A stretch of 64,000 nucleotides of DNA from an uncultured Rhodospirillaceae bacterium. Lineage in GTDB: Bacteria; Pseudomonadota; Alphaproteobacteria; UBA2966. A program made the translations under genes and the position numbers. Positions 18,585 to 30,223 of the stretch are shown here, one piece after another; position 1 is the stretch's first letter; each line of letters starts with the position of its first letter. The notes below the pieces were generated by a model, which had not been told where the DNA came from, did not search any database, and was given only the letters and a program-made list of their open reading frames with translations. The stretch spans positions 11,499 to 75,498 of the forward strand of contig CAZGTM010000005.1 in assembly GCA_964528595.1 (NCBI GenBank), given 5' to 3'.

Positions 18585-19610
18585 TCAAGCCGCCTTCTTG
18601 AGGTACTTGTTGATCAGCACTTCGGCGATCTGAACGGTGTTGAGGGCCGCGCCCTTGCGCAGGTTGTCCGACACCACCCAGAGGTCGAGGCCGCTGTCGA
18701 CGGTCGGATCCTCGCGCACCCGGCTGACGTAGGTGGCGTATTCGCCGACCGATTCGACCGGCGTGATGTAGCCGTTCTCCGCCGGTTCGTCGTAGAGCAT
18801 GACGCCGGGCGCGACGCGCAGGATCTCCCGCGCTTCGTCGGCGGAAATCTCGCGTTCGAACTCGATGTTGACGGCCTCCGAATGGCCGACGAACACCGGT
18901 ACCCGCACGCAGGTCGCCGTCACTTTGATCTTGGGATCGACGATCTTCTTGGTTTCGACCACCATCTTCCACTCTTCGTCGGTGGCGCCGCCGTCCATGA
19001 AGTTGCCGATGTGGGGAATGACGTTGAAGGCCATCTGCTTGGTGAATTTTTCCGGCTCGGGCGACTGGTTGGCGTAGATGCCCTTGGTCTGGTCGAACAG
19101 TTCGTCCATCGCCGCGTTGCCCGCGCCTGAGACCGACTGGTAGGTCGAGACCACCACGCGCTTGATGCCGGCCGCGTCATGCAGGGGCTTCAACGCCACG
19201 ACCATCTGGATGGTCGAGCAGTTGGGATTGGCGATGATGTTCTTCTTGGCGAAACCGGAAACGGCGTCGGCGTTGACTTCCGGCACCACCAGCGGTACGT
19301 CCGGGTCCATGCGGAAGTGCGAGGTGTTGTCGATTACCACGCAGCCCTGGGCCGCGGCGCGCGGGGCGTGAACGGCGGATACGCTGCCGCCCGGCGAAAA
19401 CAGGCCGATGTCGGTGCCGCTGAAGTCATAGTCCTCCAGCGCCCGGACTTTCAGCACGTCCTTGTCGCCGAAGGAGACCTCGCGCCCGACGGAATTCTTG
19501 GAGGCCAGCGCCACCACCTCGTCCACCGGGAACTCGCGTTCCGCCAGGATATTCAATAATTCGCGCCCCACGTTGCCCGTGGCGCCGGCGATTGCAACTT
19601 TGTAACCCAT
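18585..19610 (-). CDS. asd: Aspartate-semialdehyde dehydrogenase
   Basis: N-terminal VAIAGATGNVG, the active-site region NPNCSTIQ, and length 341 aa. Confidence 0.9.
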   Translation of the reverse strand: MGYKVAIAGATGNVGRELLNILAEREFPVDEVVALASKNSVGREVSFGDKDVLKVRALEDYDFSGTDIGLFSPGGSVSAVHAPRAAAQGCVVIDNTSHFRMDPDVPLVVPEVNADAVSGFAKKNIIANPNCSTIQMVVALKPLHDAAGIKRVVVSTYQSVSGAGNAAMDELFDQTKGIYANQSPEPEKFTKQMAFNVIPHIGNFMDGGATDEEWKMVVETKKIVDPKIKVTATCVRVPVFVGHSEAVNIEFEREISADEAREILRVAPGVMLYDEPAENGYITPVESVGEYATYVSRVREDPTVDSGLDLWVVSDNLRKGAALNTVQIAEVLINKYLKKAA

Positions 19611-19663
19611 GGTCTTATCCGTTCCTCTTTGCGGGCCGCTTGTTCCCCGGAGCCGTCATTCAC

Positions 19664-19700
19664 GAAAAAGGCCCGCGGGGAAATTCCGCGGGCCCTTTCG
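19664..19700 (-). terminator. Rho-independent terminator-like hairpin (bidirectional; stronger for minus strand)
   Basis: A 9-bp GC stem (GGCCCGCGG ... CCGCGGGCC) with a GGAAATT loop. It is flanked by AAAAA upstream and TTTCG downstream on plus, which read as TTTTT after the stem on minus. It lies downstream of leuB. Confidence 0.6.
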
Positions 19701-19907
19701 TGACAGTATGACGAACAGGCCCGCGCTTAAGCGGTGGTCTTCTTCGTCTTGGTTTTCGTAATCAACACGGACGCAACGATCCCGCCACCGGAAATTCCGG
19801 TGTTGGCGGCGGAGATGTTTACATCGTTCGTCATTTCGGTCGTGTCCTTGTCCGGCGCAGAGAAATACACAGAAATTGGTTAAGGATCAAGAAATACCTT
19901 AGCCAGA

Positions 19908-21020
19908 CTACTTCGTCAGCTTCTCCAGTTCGCGGACGATGCTTTCGCCCATGACCTCGGTTGAGACCTTGGCTTTGCCCGGCTGCATGATGTCGGCGGT
20001 GCGCAATCCGCCCGCCAGGACGTTGGCGACGGCTTTCTCGACCAGATCGGCTTCGTCCGAGAGATCGAACGAATAGCGCAGCATCATGGCGTAGCTCAGG
20101 ACGCAGGCCAGCGGGTTGGCCTGGCCGCCGCCGGCGATGTCCGGGGCGCTGCCGTGGACCGGTTCGTAAAGCGCCTTGCGCCGGCCCGTGACGTCGGTCT
20201 CGCCCAGCGAGGCGCTAGGCAGCATGCCGAGCGAGCCGGTCAGCATGGCGGCCTCGTCCGACAGCATGTCGCCAAATAGGTTGTCGGTGACGATGACGTC
20301 GAACTGTTTGGGATCGCGCACCAGCTGCATGGCGCAGTTGTCGGCGTACATGTGCTGCAGTTCCACATCCGGGTATTCGGCATCGTGGATTTTCTGCACT
20401 TCCTCGCGCCACAGGACGCCGGATTCCATAACGTTGGCTTTTTCCGAAGAGGTGACTTGGTTGCGGCGCAGTTTGGCCATCTCGAAAGCGACGCGGGCGA
20501 CGCGTTCGATCTCGGGGGTGGTGTAGACCTGGGTGTTGACGCCGCGGCGGATGCCGCCTCCCAAGTCCTCGATGCCGCGCGGCTCGCCGAAATAGACGCC
20601 GCCCGTGAGCTCCCGGATGATCAGGATGTCGAGACCGCTGACGAGTTCCGTCTTCAGGGTGGACGCTTCGGCCAGGGCATCGAACACGATGGCCGGGCGC
20701 AGGTTGGCAAAGAGGTCCATTTCCTTGCGCAGGCGCAGAAGGCCGCGCTCCGGCTTGACCGAAAAATCGAGGTTGTCCCAATTGGGTCCGCCGACGGCGC
20801 CCAGCAGGACGGCGTCGGCCTCCATGGCCTTGTCCATGGTTTCGTCGGCCAGCGGGGCGCCGTGGACGTCGTAGGCGCAACCGCCAACGAGATCTTCGTC
20901 AACGTCGAAGCCGACGCCGCGCTCATTGCCCATCCAGTCCATCACGCGGCGAACCTGGGTCATGACCTCGGGGCCGATGCCGTCGCCGGGAAGGACCAGA
21001 ACGTTTTTATTGGAAGCCAT
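19908..21020 (-). CDS. leuB: 3-isopropylmalate dehydrogenase
   Basis: [12 protein letters not shown] near the N-terminus, a typical IMDH pattern, 370 aa. Confidence 0.95.
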   Translation of the reverse strand: MASNKNVLVLPGDGIGPEVMTQVRRVMDWMGNERGVGFDVDEDLVGGCAYDVHGAPLADETMDKAMEADAVLLGAVGGPNWDNLDFSVKPERGLLRLRKEMDLFANLRPAIVFDALAEASTLKTELVSGLDILIIRELTGGVYFGEPRGIEDLGGGIRRGVNTQVYTTPEIERVARVAFEMAKLRRNQVTSSEKANVMESGVLWREEVQKIHDAEYPDVELQHMYADNCAMQLVRDPKQFDVIVTDNLFGDMLSDEAAMLTGSLGMLPSASLGETDVTGRRKALYEPVHGSAPDIAGGGQANPLACVLSYAMMLRYSFDLSDEADLVEKAVANVLAGGLRTADIMQPGKAKVSTEVMGESIVRELEKLTK

Positions 21021-21071
21021 GGGTACTACCTAGTTTGATAAAACAATATCGTAAAGGCGAATAAGCAGGTC

Positions 21072-21677
21072 CTAGAGCCAGGGTTGCGTGCTTTTCCGCT
21101 CTTCCTCGAAACGGTCGATGCTGGCCGATTTCTCCATCGTTAGGCCGATGTCATCCAGGCCGTTCAGGAGGCAATGCTTGCGGAACGCATCGATCTCGAA
21201 CTTCACGGTGCCGCCGTCGGGGCCGGTGATTTCCTGGGCCTCGAGGTCGATCGAAATTATTGCGTTGCTGCCGCGCTGGGCGTCATCCATCAGGTTCTCA
21301 AGGTCGTCGGGCGAGACCACGATGGGCAGGATGCCGTTCTTGAAGCAGTTGTTGTAGAAGATGTCGGCAAAGCTGGTCGAGATCACGCAGCGCACGCCGA
21401 AATCGAGGATCGCCCAAGGCGCGTGCTCGCGGCTCGAGCCACAACCGAAGTTGTCGCCCGCGACGATGATCTTGGCGTCGCGGTAGGCCGGCTGGTTGAG
21501 CACGAAATCGGGGTTTTCGCTGCCGTCCTCGTTGTAGCGCATCTCGGTGAAGACGTGCTTGCCGAGGCCGGTGCGCTCGATGGTCTTGAGGAACTGCTTG
21601 GGGATGATCATGTCGGTGTCGATGTTGACCATCGGCAACGGGGCGGCGACGCCGCTCAGCTTGTCGAATTTTTCCAT
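21072..21677 (-). CDS. leuD: 3-isopropylmalate dehydratase small subunit
   Basis: [15 protein letters not shown], 201 aa, adjacent to leuC. Confidence 0.95.
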   Translation of the reverse strand: MEKFDKLSGVAAPLPMVNIDTDMIIPKQFLKTIERTGLGKHVFTEMRYNEDGSENPDFVLNQPAYRDAKIIVAGDNFGCGSSREHAPWAILDFGVRCVISTSFADIFYNNCFKNGILPIVVSPDDLENLMDDAQRGSNAIISIDLEAQEITGPDGGTVKFEIDAFRKHCLLNGLDDIGLTMEKSASIDRFEEERKSTQPWL

Positions 21678-21689
21678 CCGTTTTCTCCC

Positions 21690-23114
21690 CTAATCCAGAT
21701 CGCGCACGTCGGTGATGTGACCGGCGATGGCTGCGGCCACCGCCATGGCGGGGCTCATCAGGTGCGTCCGTCCGCCCCGGCCTTGACGACCTTCGAAATT
21801 GCGGTTCGAGGTCGAGGCGCAACGTTCGCCCGGCTCCAGCCGGTCGGCGTTCATGGCCAGGCACATGGAGCAGCCCGGATCGCGCCATTCGAAACCGGCA
21901 TCGAGGAAGATCCGGTCGAGACCTTCCGCCTCCGCCTGTTCCTTGACCAGGCCCGAACCAGGTACGATCAGGGCGTTGACGTGGTCCGCCACATGGCGTC
22001 CCTTGGCCACCGCCGCCGCGGCGCGCATGTCCTCGATGCGGCCGTTGGTGCAGGATCCCACGAACGCCCGGTCGATCCTGATTTCGGTGATCGGCGTGCC
22101 GGCTGCGAGGTCCATGTATTCCAAAGACCGCTGGTACTTCTCGGCCTTGCCTTCGGCAGCGTCCGACGGGTCGGGCACGGCGCCGTCGACCGGGCCGACC
22201 TCTTCGGGGCTGGTGCCCCAGGTCACATAGGGTACGATCTTGGCGGCGTCGACTACGACTTCCTTATCGTAGGTGGCGCCGTCGTCGCTCGCCAGCGTTT
22301 TCCAATATTCGACGGCTTGCTCGAAGGCGCCGGCCTTGGGCGCCATGGGGCGGCCCTTGATGTATTCGTAGGTGGTTTCGTCGGGCGCGATCAGGCCGCC
22401 GCGGGCGCCGCCCTCGATGGTCATGTTGCAGACCGTCATGCGGCCTTCCATCGACAGGTTGCGGATGGCCTCGCCGGCGTATTCGATGACGCAGCCCGTG
22501 CCGCCGGCCGTGCCGATCTGGCCGATGATGGCGAGGATCAGGTCCTTGGCCTCGACGCCTTCGCCCAATTCGCCCTCGACCGTGATGCGCATGGTTTCGG
22601 GCTTGGCCTGGATCAGCGTCTGGGTGGCCAGCACGTGCTCGACCTCCGAGGTGCCGATGCCCATGGCCAGCGCGCCGAAGGCGCCGTGCGTGGCGGTATG
22701 ACTGTCGCCGCAGACGATGGTCATGCCGGGCAGCGTGAAGCCCTGTTCGGGGCCGATGATGTGGACGATGCCCTGGCGGATGTCGTCCATGCCGAAGTAG
22801 GGAATGCCGAATTCCTCGACGTTCTTCTCCAGCGTTTCGACCTGGATGCGGGCGATCTCGTCGTCAATGCCCTTGTCGCGGTCCTTGGTCGGGATGTTGT
22901 GGTCGACCACGGCCAGCGTCGCCTCCGGCCGGCGCACCTTGCGCCCCGACTGGCGCAGGCCTTCGAAAGCCTGTGGGCTGGTCACCTCATGGGTGAGATG
23001 GCGGTCGATGTAGATCAGCGACGATCCGTCGTCCTGGGTTTCCACGACGTGGGAATCCCAAATTTTATCGAACAGCGTGCGTGGTGCGGTCATGACGTTC
23101 CCAAAAATCCTCAA
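21690..23114 (-). CDS. leuC: 3-isopropylmalate dehydratase large subunit
   Basis: Aconitase-family large subunit with Cys ligands ([14 protein letters not shown]), 474 aa. Confidence 0.95.
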   Translation of the reverse strand: MRIFGNVMTAPRTLFDKIWDSHVVETQDDGSSLIYIDRHLTHEVTSPQAFEGLRQSGRKVRRPEATLAVVDHNIPTKDRDKGIDDEIARIQVETLEKNVEEFGIPYFGMDDIRQGIVHIIGPEQGFTLPGMTIVCGDSHTATHGAFGALAMGIGTSEVEHVLATQTLIQAKPETMRITVEGELGEGVEAKDLILAIIGQIGTAGGTGCVIEYAGEAIRNLSMEGRMTVCNMTIEGGARGGLIAPDETTYEYIKGRPMAPKAGAFEQAVEYWKTLASDDGATYDKEVVVDAAKIVPYVTWGTSPEEVGPVDGAVPDPSDAAEGKAEKYQRSLEYMDLAAGTPITEIRIDRAFVGSCTNGRIEDMRAAAAVAKGRHVADHVNALIVPGSGLVKEQAEAEGLDRIFLDAGFEWRDPGCSMCLAMNADRLEPGERCASTSNRNFEGRQGRGGRTHLMSPAMAVAAAIAGHITDVRDLD

Positions 23115-23201
23115 GCGGTGACAATTATGGGCAAGAGGTCACCGGGCGGCGTTGCCCGGTCTCTCACCTGACGGTCGCTGAACGGCCCGCTGGGCCGAAG
23201 C

Positions 23202-23576
23202 TCAGGATTGGCGGCGTTCGTCCCGCTTTTCCTTGATGCGGGCCTTCTTGCCGCGCAGCTCACGCAGGTAGTAGAGCTTGGCGCGGCGCACCGCACCCCG
23301 GCGCATGACCTGGATCTCGGCGATTTGAGGCGTGTAGAGCGGAAATACGCGCTCGACGCCTTCGCCGTAGGAGATTTTGCGCACCGTGAACGATGAATTG
23401 ATGCCGCGGTTCTTGCGGGCGATGCAGACGCCCTCGAAGGCCTGAAGGCGCTCGCGGGTGCCCTCGACGACCTTGACGCTGACGCGCAGCGTATCGCCGG
23501 GTCCGAATTCCGGTACCGGGCGGTTGGCGGCGAGCTTGTCAGCTTGCTCTTGTTCGATTTCCTGTAGCAAATTCAT
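23202..23576 (-). CDS. rplS: 50S ribosomal protein L19
   Basis: [30 protein letters not shown] and a basic C-terminus. Confidence 0.95.
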   Translation of the reverse strand: MNLLQEIEQEQADKLAANRPVPEFGPGDTLRVSVKVVEGTRERLQAFEGVCIARKNRGINSSFTVRKISYGEGVERVFPLYTPQIAEIQVMRRGAVRRAKLYYLRELRGKKARIKEKRDERRQS

Positions 23577-23595
23577 CGTCTTCGTCCTTGTGCTG

Positions 23596-24360
23596 TTACG
23601 GTGTACGCGACTTGGCGGCCAGATATTGGTCCCAGAGGTCGGGTCTCCGTTTCCTCGTTAAATTCTCAGAGCATTCGAGCCGCCATTCCGCGATGCGTCC
23701 GTGATGACCGGACATCAACGTTTCAGGCACCTCTCGCCCTTCCCACACTTGTGGCCGGGTGTACTGGGGGTATTCCAGCAAACCCTGCTCAAAACTATCC
23801 TGCGCCAGCGACCGGGGCTCTCCGACGACCCCCGGCAACAGGCGCACACTTGCATCAATCAGCGCCATTGCCGCCGGCTCGCCGCCGGATAGGACAAAAT
23901 CGCCCAGACTGATCTCTTCAATTCCTCTCGCCTCGATGACACGTTCGTCGATGCCTTCGAAACGGCCGCAAAGCAGGACAACGCCCGGTCCTTGCGAAAT
24001 TTCCCTCACCCGCGCCTGATCGAGGCGCCGGCCGCGGGGGCTGAGGTACAACAGCGGCGGGGCGTCTTTCCCTGCCGCCGCATGTGCTCTCTCCATCGTC
24101 CCGTCGATGGCCGCGCCCAGAATATCGGGCCGCATGACCATGCCGGGGCCGCCGCCGAACGGCGTATCGTCGACGGAGCGGTGTTTATCGCTCGCAAAGC
24201 CGCGAATGTCCACCGTTTCCAGTCCCCACAGGCCATTTTCCAAAGCCCGCCCGGCCAGCGACAAACCCAGGGGTCCGGGGAACATTTCCGGAAACAGGGT
24301 GAGCACCCAGGCCGTCCAGGCCGGGTCGTTCGCGTCGGTATCAGCGGCGGGCTCCGTCAC
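23596..24360 (-). CDS. trmD: tRNA (guanine37-N1)-methyltransferase
   Basis: SPOUT fold motifs ([16 protein letters not shown]; [20 protein letters not shown]). Confidence 0.9.
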   Translation of the reverse strand: MTEPAADTDANDPAWTAWVLTLFPEMFPGPLGLSLAGRALENGLWGLETVDIRGFASDKHRSVDDTPFGGGPGMVMRPDILGAAIDGTMERAHAAAGKDAPPLLYLSPRGRRLDQARVREISQGPGVVLLCGRFEGIDERVIEARGIEEISLGDFVLSGGEPAAMALIDASVRLLPGVVGEPRSLAQDSFEQGLLEYPQYTRPQVWEGREVPETLMSGHHGRIAEWRLECSENLTRKRRPDLWDQYLAAKSRTP

Positions 24361-24911
24361 TTGGCCTTTTTTCTCCTCTTCTTTCTCGCTTTCGTTTTGG
24401 CCGACCCGCTTTCCAGCAGCTCCGCCGGTACGTCGACGACCAAGCGGCCGTTCTCCAGGTCGATCTCCGGGACCGCTTCCGCCGTAAACGGCAGCAGCAC
24501 CGGCATTTCGCCGTCGCGCTCGATCTCGATCACGTCGCCGGCGCCGAAATCCTGCAGCGCCTTGACCGAGCCGAGCGTCGTGCCGTCCGGCAATTCCGCC
24601 GCCAGGCCGAGCAGGTCGGCGTGGTAGAACTCGCCGTCGCCGGGCTGCGGCAGGGCCTCCCGCTCGACATAAAGCTCCAGTCCCTTCAGGGCTTCCGCCG
24701 CATCGCGATCGGCCACCCCTTCGAACGTCAGCGCCGCGCCGTTCTTCGCCGGCTTGACCGACTGCACGTCGAAGCGGCGTTTGCCGTCACGGTCGCTGAG
24801 GCTGCCGTAGGCGCCGATATCGGCGGCATCCCGGGTGAAGGTCTTGACGTGGACCTCACCCCGCACGCCGCGCGCGCCCGTCACAATGCCCAGGCAAAGG
24901 CGCTTCGACAT
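24357..24911 (-). CDS. rimM: Ribosome maturation factor RimM
   Basis: GVRGEV motif and a PRC barrel. Overlaps the trmD start by 4 nt. Lys/Arg-rich C-terminal tail. Confidence 0.9.
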   Translation of the reverse strand: MSKRLCLGIVTGARGVRGEVHVKTFTRDAADIGAYGSLSDRDGKRRFDVQSVKPAKNGAALTFEGVADRDAAEALKGLELYVEREALPQPGDGEFYHADLLGLAAELPDGTTLGSVKALQDFGAGDVIEIERDGEMPVLLPFTAEAVPEIDLENGRLVVDVPAELLESGSAKTKARKKRRKKAK

Positions 24912-24934
24912 GGACCGTTCCGGGAAAGCCCGCC

Positions 24935-25510
24935 TTAGGAGGCTTTCTCTTCCTCAGCGGTTTCCTCGGCAGGCGCCTCTTCGGCGGCGGCTTCTTCAGC
25001 AGGAGCCTCTTCCTCGGCGGGCGCTTCCTCAGCGGCTGCTTCTTCCTCGGCCGGTGCCTCCTCGGCGGCGGCTTCTTCTGCAGGAGCCTCTTCCTCGGCA
25101 GGCGCCTCTTCTGCGGCTTCCTCAGCCGGCGCTTCTTCCTCGGCCGGTGCGGCGGCAGCCTCTTCAGCGGCCTTCTTGGCTTCCTCGGCCTCGGCCATGC
25201 GTTCCTGCGCCTTGGCCTTGGGCTTGGCTTTCTGCGGGTTGTTGCGCTGGGCCGGCATCTCGATGATGTTGGCCTCACCCAGGAAGCGGGCGACACGGTC
25301 GGTCGGCACGGCGCCGTGGCCGAGCCAGTGCTTGATGCGCTCCTCGTTCAAGTTGACGCGGTTGGCGTCGTCCTTCTTCAGCAACGGATTGTAGGTGCCC
25401 ACCTTTTCGATGAAACGGCCGTCGCGCGGACTGCGCACGTCGGCGATGACAACGCGGTAGTAGGGGCGCTTTTTGGCGCCACCGCGCGCCAGTCTGATCT
25501 TAAGTCCCAT
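24935..25510 (-). CDS. rpsP: 30S ribosomal protein S16 with long acidic Ala/Glu/Pro-rich C-terminal extension
   Basis: N-terminal [24 protein letters not shown] is canonical S16. The C-terminal roughly 90 aa consist of (P)AEE(E)A(A) repeats. Confidence 0.9.
   Translation of the reverse strand: MGLKIRLARGGAKKRPYYRVVIADVRSPRDGRFIEKVGTYNPLLKKDDANRVNLNEERIKHWLGHGAVPTDRVARFLGEANIIEMPAQRNNPQKAKPKAKAQERMAEAEEAKKAAEEAAAAPAEEEAPAEEAAEEAPAEEEAPAEEAAAEEAPAEEEAAAEEAPAEEEAPAEEAAAEEAPAEETAEEEKAS
24950..25200. repeat. Tandem imperfect repeats (about 45-90 bp units) encoding the low-complexity tail of S16
   Basis: Repeated units of the form ggcggcggcttcttc(a/t)gcaggagcctcttcctcggc(g/a)ggcgc, visible directly in the DNA. 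Confidence 0.7.
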
Positions 25511-25576
25511 GGTTTCTTTCGTCCTTCTGGTTGGTCGTATTCGTGAAATTCAATGAAAGTTCTATGCGTTAACGAA

Positions 25577-26947
<1,371 letters not shown>

Positions 26948-27179
26948 ATATCCGCAAGAACTTCAAACACACGCAAAAAACACCAGTGTGCGAAACCTCG
27001 CAGACTGGTGGACACCCTTGGGCGCGGGAAAACTGATAAATCCCGAAATCGAGGCGGAATTTGCCTGCGAGCGCGGGTGTTGTCAAGGCCTGCGTTCGGT
27101 TGACCTTGCTGCGGCCAAATGTCGTATTGGGGGCCGTTGGGCGACGGCCGAAAATGGCGGCGAACGAAACGCGGGTGAT

Positions 27180-28622
27180 ATGCGCAGAAGTTACCAGAAT
27201 ATCGGTCTGATCGTCGGTCCGTTGTTGGCGGCCGGCGTACTGCTGTCGCCGGCGCCGTCGGGCATGCCGGACGCCGCCTGGTCGGTCGCCGCCGTGGCGG
27301 TTCTGATGGCCGTCTGGTGGTCGACGGAGGCGCTGCCGGTGGCGGTGACGGCGTTGCTGCCGCTGGTCGCGTTTCCCCTGTTCGGCGTCGCGCCCATCAG
27401 GACCGCGGCGGCGCCCTTCGCCCATCCGCTGATCTTCCTGTTCCTCGGCGGGTTTCTGATCGCGCTGGCGATGCAGCGCTGGAACCTGCACCGCCGCATC
27501 GCCCTGACCATCGCCGCCAACATCGGCGACCATCCGGCGGCGCTGGTCGGCGGTTTCATGGCCGCCGCCGCCTTCCTCAGCATGTGGGTGAGCAACACGG
27601 CCACGACCATGATGCTGCTGCCGGTCGCCTTGTCGGTCGTGCTGGTCACGTTGCCCCAGGACGACGGCGACGACGACACCCGCAACTTCGCCATCTGCAT
27701 GATGCTGGGCGTGGCTTACGGCGCCAGCATCGGCGGCCTCGGCACCCTGATCGGCTCGCCGCCCAACGCCCTATTCGCGGCCTACATGGCGGAGAACCAC
27801 GGCTTCGAGATCGGCTTCGTCGGCTGGATGGCGGTCGGCCTGCCGCTGGTTGTCGTCCTGTTGCCGATCGCCTGGTTCGTTTTGGTTCGGCTGATCTATC
27901 CCTTCCGCCTGCACGGCGGCGCTGGGGCCGATGTGGTGGCGGGGGAGCTGCGCGGCATGGGTCCGCTCTCCACGCCGGAGCTTCGGGTGGCGTTGATCTT
28001 TCTCACCGTTGCGGCGATGTGGATCTGCCGCCCCTGGCTCGCCGGCTTGCCCGGCCTCGGCGGTCTGTCGGATGCCGGCATAGCCCTGCTGGGCGGTTTC
28101 GCGATGTTCGTCGTCCCCGCTCGCAGGATGGGCCTCGAGGGGCCGTTCCTAATGGACTGGGAGAGTGCGGTTAAGCTTCCCTGGGGGGTGCTCTTGTTGT
28201 TCGGCGGCGGACTGAGCTTGGCGTCGGCGGTGTCGGCGACGGGTCTGGCCGCCTGGATCGGCGACGCCCTCGGCGGCCTAGCGGGCTGGCCGGTGGTGGC
28301 CGTCGTGCTGGTGATCGCGGGCGTGGTGATCTTTCTCACGGAATTGACCAGCAACACGGCAACCGCCGCCGCCTTTCTGCCGGTGGTGGCGGCGTTGGCA
28401 CCCCTGATCGGCCTCGATCCCGTCACGCTGGCGCTGCCCGCCGCCCTGGCCGCCAGTTGCGCCTATATGCTGCCGGTGGCGACGCCGCCCAACGCCATCG
28501 TCTACAGCTCCGGCCATGTCAGCGTGCCCCAGATGGTGCGGGCGGGTTTCATCCTCAATCTCGTGGCGATGGGGCTGATCGCGGCGCTGGCGTTTGTCTG
28601 GGTACCGATCATTAGTGGATAG
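27180..28622 (+). CDS. DASS/SLC13 family anion (di/tricarboxylate or sulfate):sodium symporter
   Basis: Duplicated SNTATT/SNTATA hairpin motifs (VSNTATTMM; TSNTATAAAF) and about 12 TM segments. ATG at 27180; the upstream part of the long track ORF is non-coding-like. Confidence 0.8.
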   Translation: MRRSYQNIGLIVGPLLAAGVLLSPAPSGMPDAAWSVAAVAVLMAVWWSTEALPVAVTALLPLVAFPLFGVAPIRTAAAPFAHPLIFLFLGGFLIALAMQRWNLHRRIALTIAANIGDHPAALVGGFMAAAAFLSMWVSNTATTMMLLPVALSVVLVTLPQDDGDDDTRNFAICMMLGVAYGASIGGLGTLIGSPPNALFAAYMAENHGFEIGFVGWMAVGLPLVVVLLPIAWFVLVRLIYPFRLHGGAGADVVAGELRGMGPLSTPELRVALIFLTVAAMWICRPWLAGLPGLGGLSDAGIALLGGFAMFVVPARRMGLEGPFLMDWESAVKLPWGVLLLFGGGLSLASAVSATGLAAWIGDALGGLAGWPVVAVVLVIAGVVIFLTELTSNTATAAAFLPVVAALAPLIGLDPVTLALPAALAASCAYMLPVATPPNAIVYSSGHVSVPQMVRAGFILNLVAMGLIAALAFVWVPIISG

Positions 28623-28633
28623 CTTGTTTCTTT

Positions 28634-28737
28634 GCGGCTCCACCCCCACCCAACCCTCCCCCGTCAAGGGGGAGGGCTAGAAGGAGGCAATGTGAGTTCC
28701 TTCCCCCTGGCGGGGGAAGGGCAGGATGGGGGGGGAC
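28634..28737 (+). repeat. REP-like double-hairpin intergenic element, copy A
   Basis: Hairpins CCCTCCCCC-gtcaa-GGGGGAGGG and CCTTCCCCC-tggc-GGGGGAAGG. It is the reverse complement of 37333-37449, with roughly 85% identity over about 100 bp. It lies between convergent gene ends, the DASS and livF stops. Confidence 0.8.
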
Positions 28738-28758
28738 GATCTCGAATGCCGGCGCGGC

Positions 28759-29475
28759 TTAACCGGAAATGCCAATCAATTGCTCCAACTTGGCTTCGTC
28801 GTCACGTAAGCTTTGGTTGTCGCCGTCGTAGACGATGCGGCCGCGGTCGAGCACCACGGTGCGTTCGGAGAAATTGAGCGCCACGCGGGTGTTCTGCTCC
28901 ACCAGGATCATCGAGATGCCGCCTTCCTCGCGCAGCCGCGCCATGACTTTGACCAGTTCATCGACGATCACCGGGGCCAGGCCCTCGCTGGGCTCGTCCA
29001 TCAGCAGCACGCGCGGGTTTGTCATCAGCGCCCGGGCGATAGCCAGCATCTGCTGTTCGCCGCCAGACAGCTGGTTGCCCATGTTGCTGCGGCGCTCGGC
29101 CAGATTGGGAAAGAGGTCATAGAGCGCGTCGGTCGTCCAGTCGCCCGGCTGCGCGCCCACTGTCAGGTTTTCCGTGACCGTCAGGGAGGGAAAGATTTCG
29201 CGCTCCTGCGGCACGTAGCCGAGGCCCCGGTTGGCCCGGCGGAACGACTCCAGCGCGGTAATGTCCTCGGAGCCCAACCGGATGGCGCCGTGGTGCACTG
29301 TGGTGTGGCCCATCACGGTGGCCAGCAAGGTGGTCTTGCCGACGCCGTTGCGGCCGATGACGCTGATGCTTTCGCCCGCCGCCAGGCTCAACGATACCTC
29401 TTCGAGCACCATGGTTTCGCCGTATCCGGCGGTGAGGCCTTCGACCGCCAACGCCGCCTGTGCGGGATCAGCCAT
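28759..29475 (-). CDS. Branched-chain amino acid-type ABC transporter ATP-binding protein (LivF-like)
   Basis: Walker A (GRNGVGKTT), the signature LSGGEQQM and Walker B (LLMDEP). Confidence 0.85.
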   Translation of the reverse strand: MADPAQAALAVEGLTAGYGETMVLEEVSLSLAAGESISVIGRNGVGKTTLLATVMGHTTVHHGAIRLGSEDITALESFRRANRGLGYVPQEREIFPSLTVTENLTVGAQPGDWTTDALYDLFPNLAERRSNMGNQLSGGEQQMLAIARALMTNPRVLLMDEPSEGLAPVIVDELVKVMARLREEGGISMILVEQNTRVALNFSERTVVLDRGRIVYDGDNQSLRDDEAKLEQLIGISG

Positions 29476-30223
29476 GCTTGGCCTCGCCGAGATAGACCGC
29501 CTGGACTTCCTGGCTGGCCGCGATTTCGTCCGGTTCGCCTTCCGCCATGATGGCGCCCTGGACCAGCACGGTGATGCGCTGGGCGAAGCGGAACACGACG
29601 TCCATGTCGTGTTCGATGATCAGGACGGCGATGTCCTTGGGCAGGCCGTCGACGGCGTCCAGGATGATGTGGCTTTCGGCACTGGGCACGCCGGCGGCGG
29701 GTTCGTCGAGCAGCAATACCTTGGGTTCGAGCGCCAGGGCGATGGCGATCTCAACCAGGCGCTGGCGGCCGTAAGGCAGTTCGTGGATCTCGGTCAGCGC
29801 ATCGGCTTCTACCTTCATGACGCTCAGAAGACGGGCGGCTTCCTCGATGACCTCGGTATTGGCGCCCGCCGGTTTGAACAGGCGGGTGGCGAGCCCCATG
29901 TGCTCCGAGACGGCGAGACAGAGGTTTTCGATCACCGTCAGGCCCATGAACAGGGAATTGATCTGGAAGGTTCGGGCGATGCCCGACTTCACCCGTTGCG
30001 CCTGGGAGCGCGACGAAATGTCCTGACCGTCCAGCAATACGGTACCTTCGCTCGGCTGCAGGACACCGGTCAGCAGGTTGATGAAGGTGGTCTTGCCCGC
30101 GCCGTTCGGTCCGATCAGCGCATGGCGGGCGCCGGGCTCAAGCTTAAAATCAAGGTGGCGGGCGACGGCCAGCGCGCCGAAGTTCTTACTCAGACCCCGG
30201 GTTTCCAGCACCGCCTCGGTCAT
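29468..30223 (-). CDS. Branched-chain amino acid-type ABC transporter ATP-binding protein (LivG-like)
   Basis: Walker A (GPNGAGKTT) and the LivG-type pattern. 8-nt overlap with the downstream gene. Confidence 0.85.
   Translation of the reverse strand: MTEAVLETRGLSKNFGALAVARHLDFKLEPGARHALIGPNGAGKTTFINLLTGVLQPSEGTVLLDGQDISSRSQAQRVKSGIARTFQINSLFMGLTVIENLCLAVSEHMGLATRLFKPAGANTEVIEEAARLLSVMKVEADALTEIHELPYGRQRLVEIAIALALEPKVLLLDEPAAGVPSAESHIILDAVDGLPKDIAVLIIEHDMDVVFRFAQRITVLVQGAIMAEGEPDEIAASQEVQAVYLGEAKHG

Noticed and set aside
19727-19835. Apparent 35-aa Gly-rich, hydrophobic and Lys-rich micro-ORF between asd and leuB
   Set aside because: It came from my transcription error. On careful re-reading the frame encodes only 24 aa (MTNDVNISAANTPEFPVAGSLRPC) with no SD and no distinctive features. 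The region is better explained by two hairpins.
24950-25200. Regularly spaced repeats that could superficially resemble a CRISPR array
   Set aside because: The repeats are imperfect, have no unique spacers, and lie in-frame inside rpsP encoding a low-complexity tail. There are no cas genes. This is not CRISPR.
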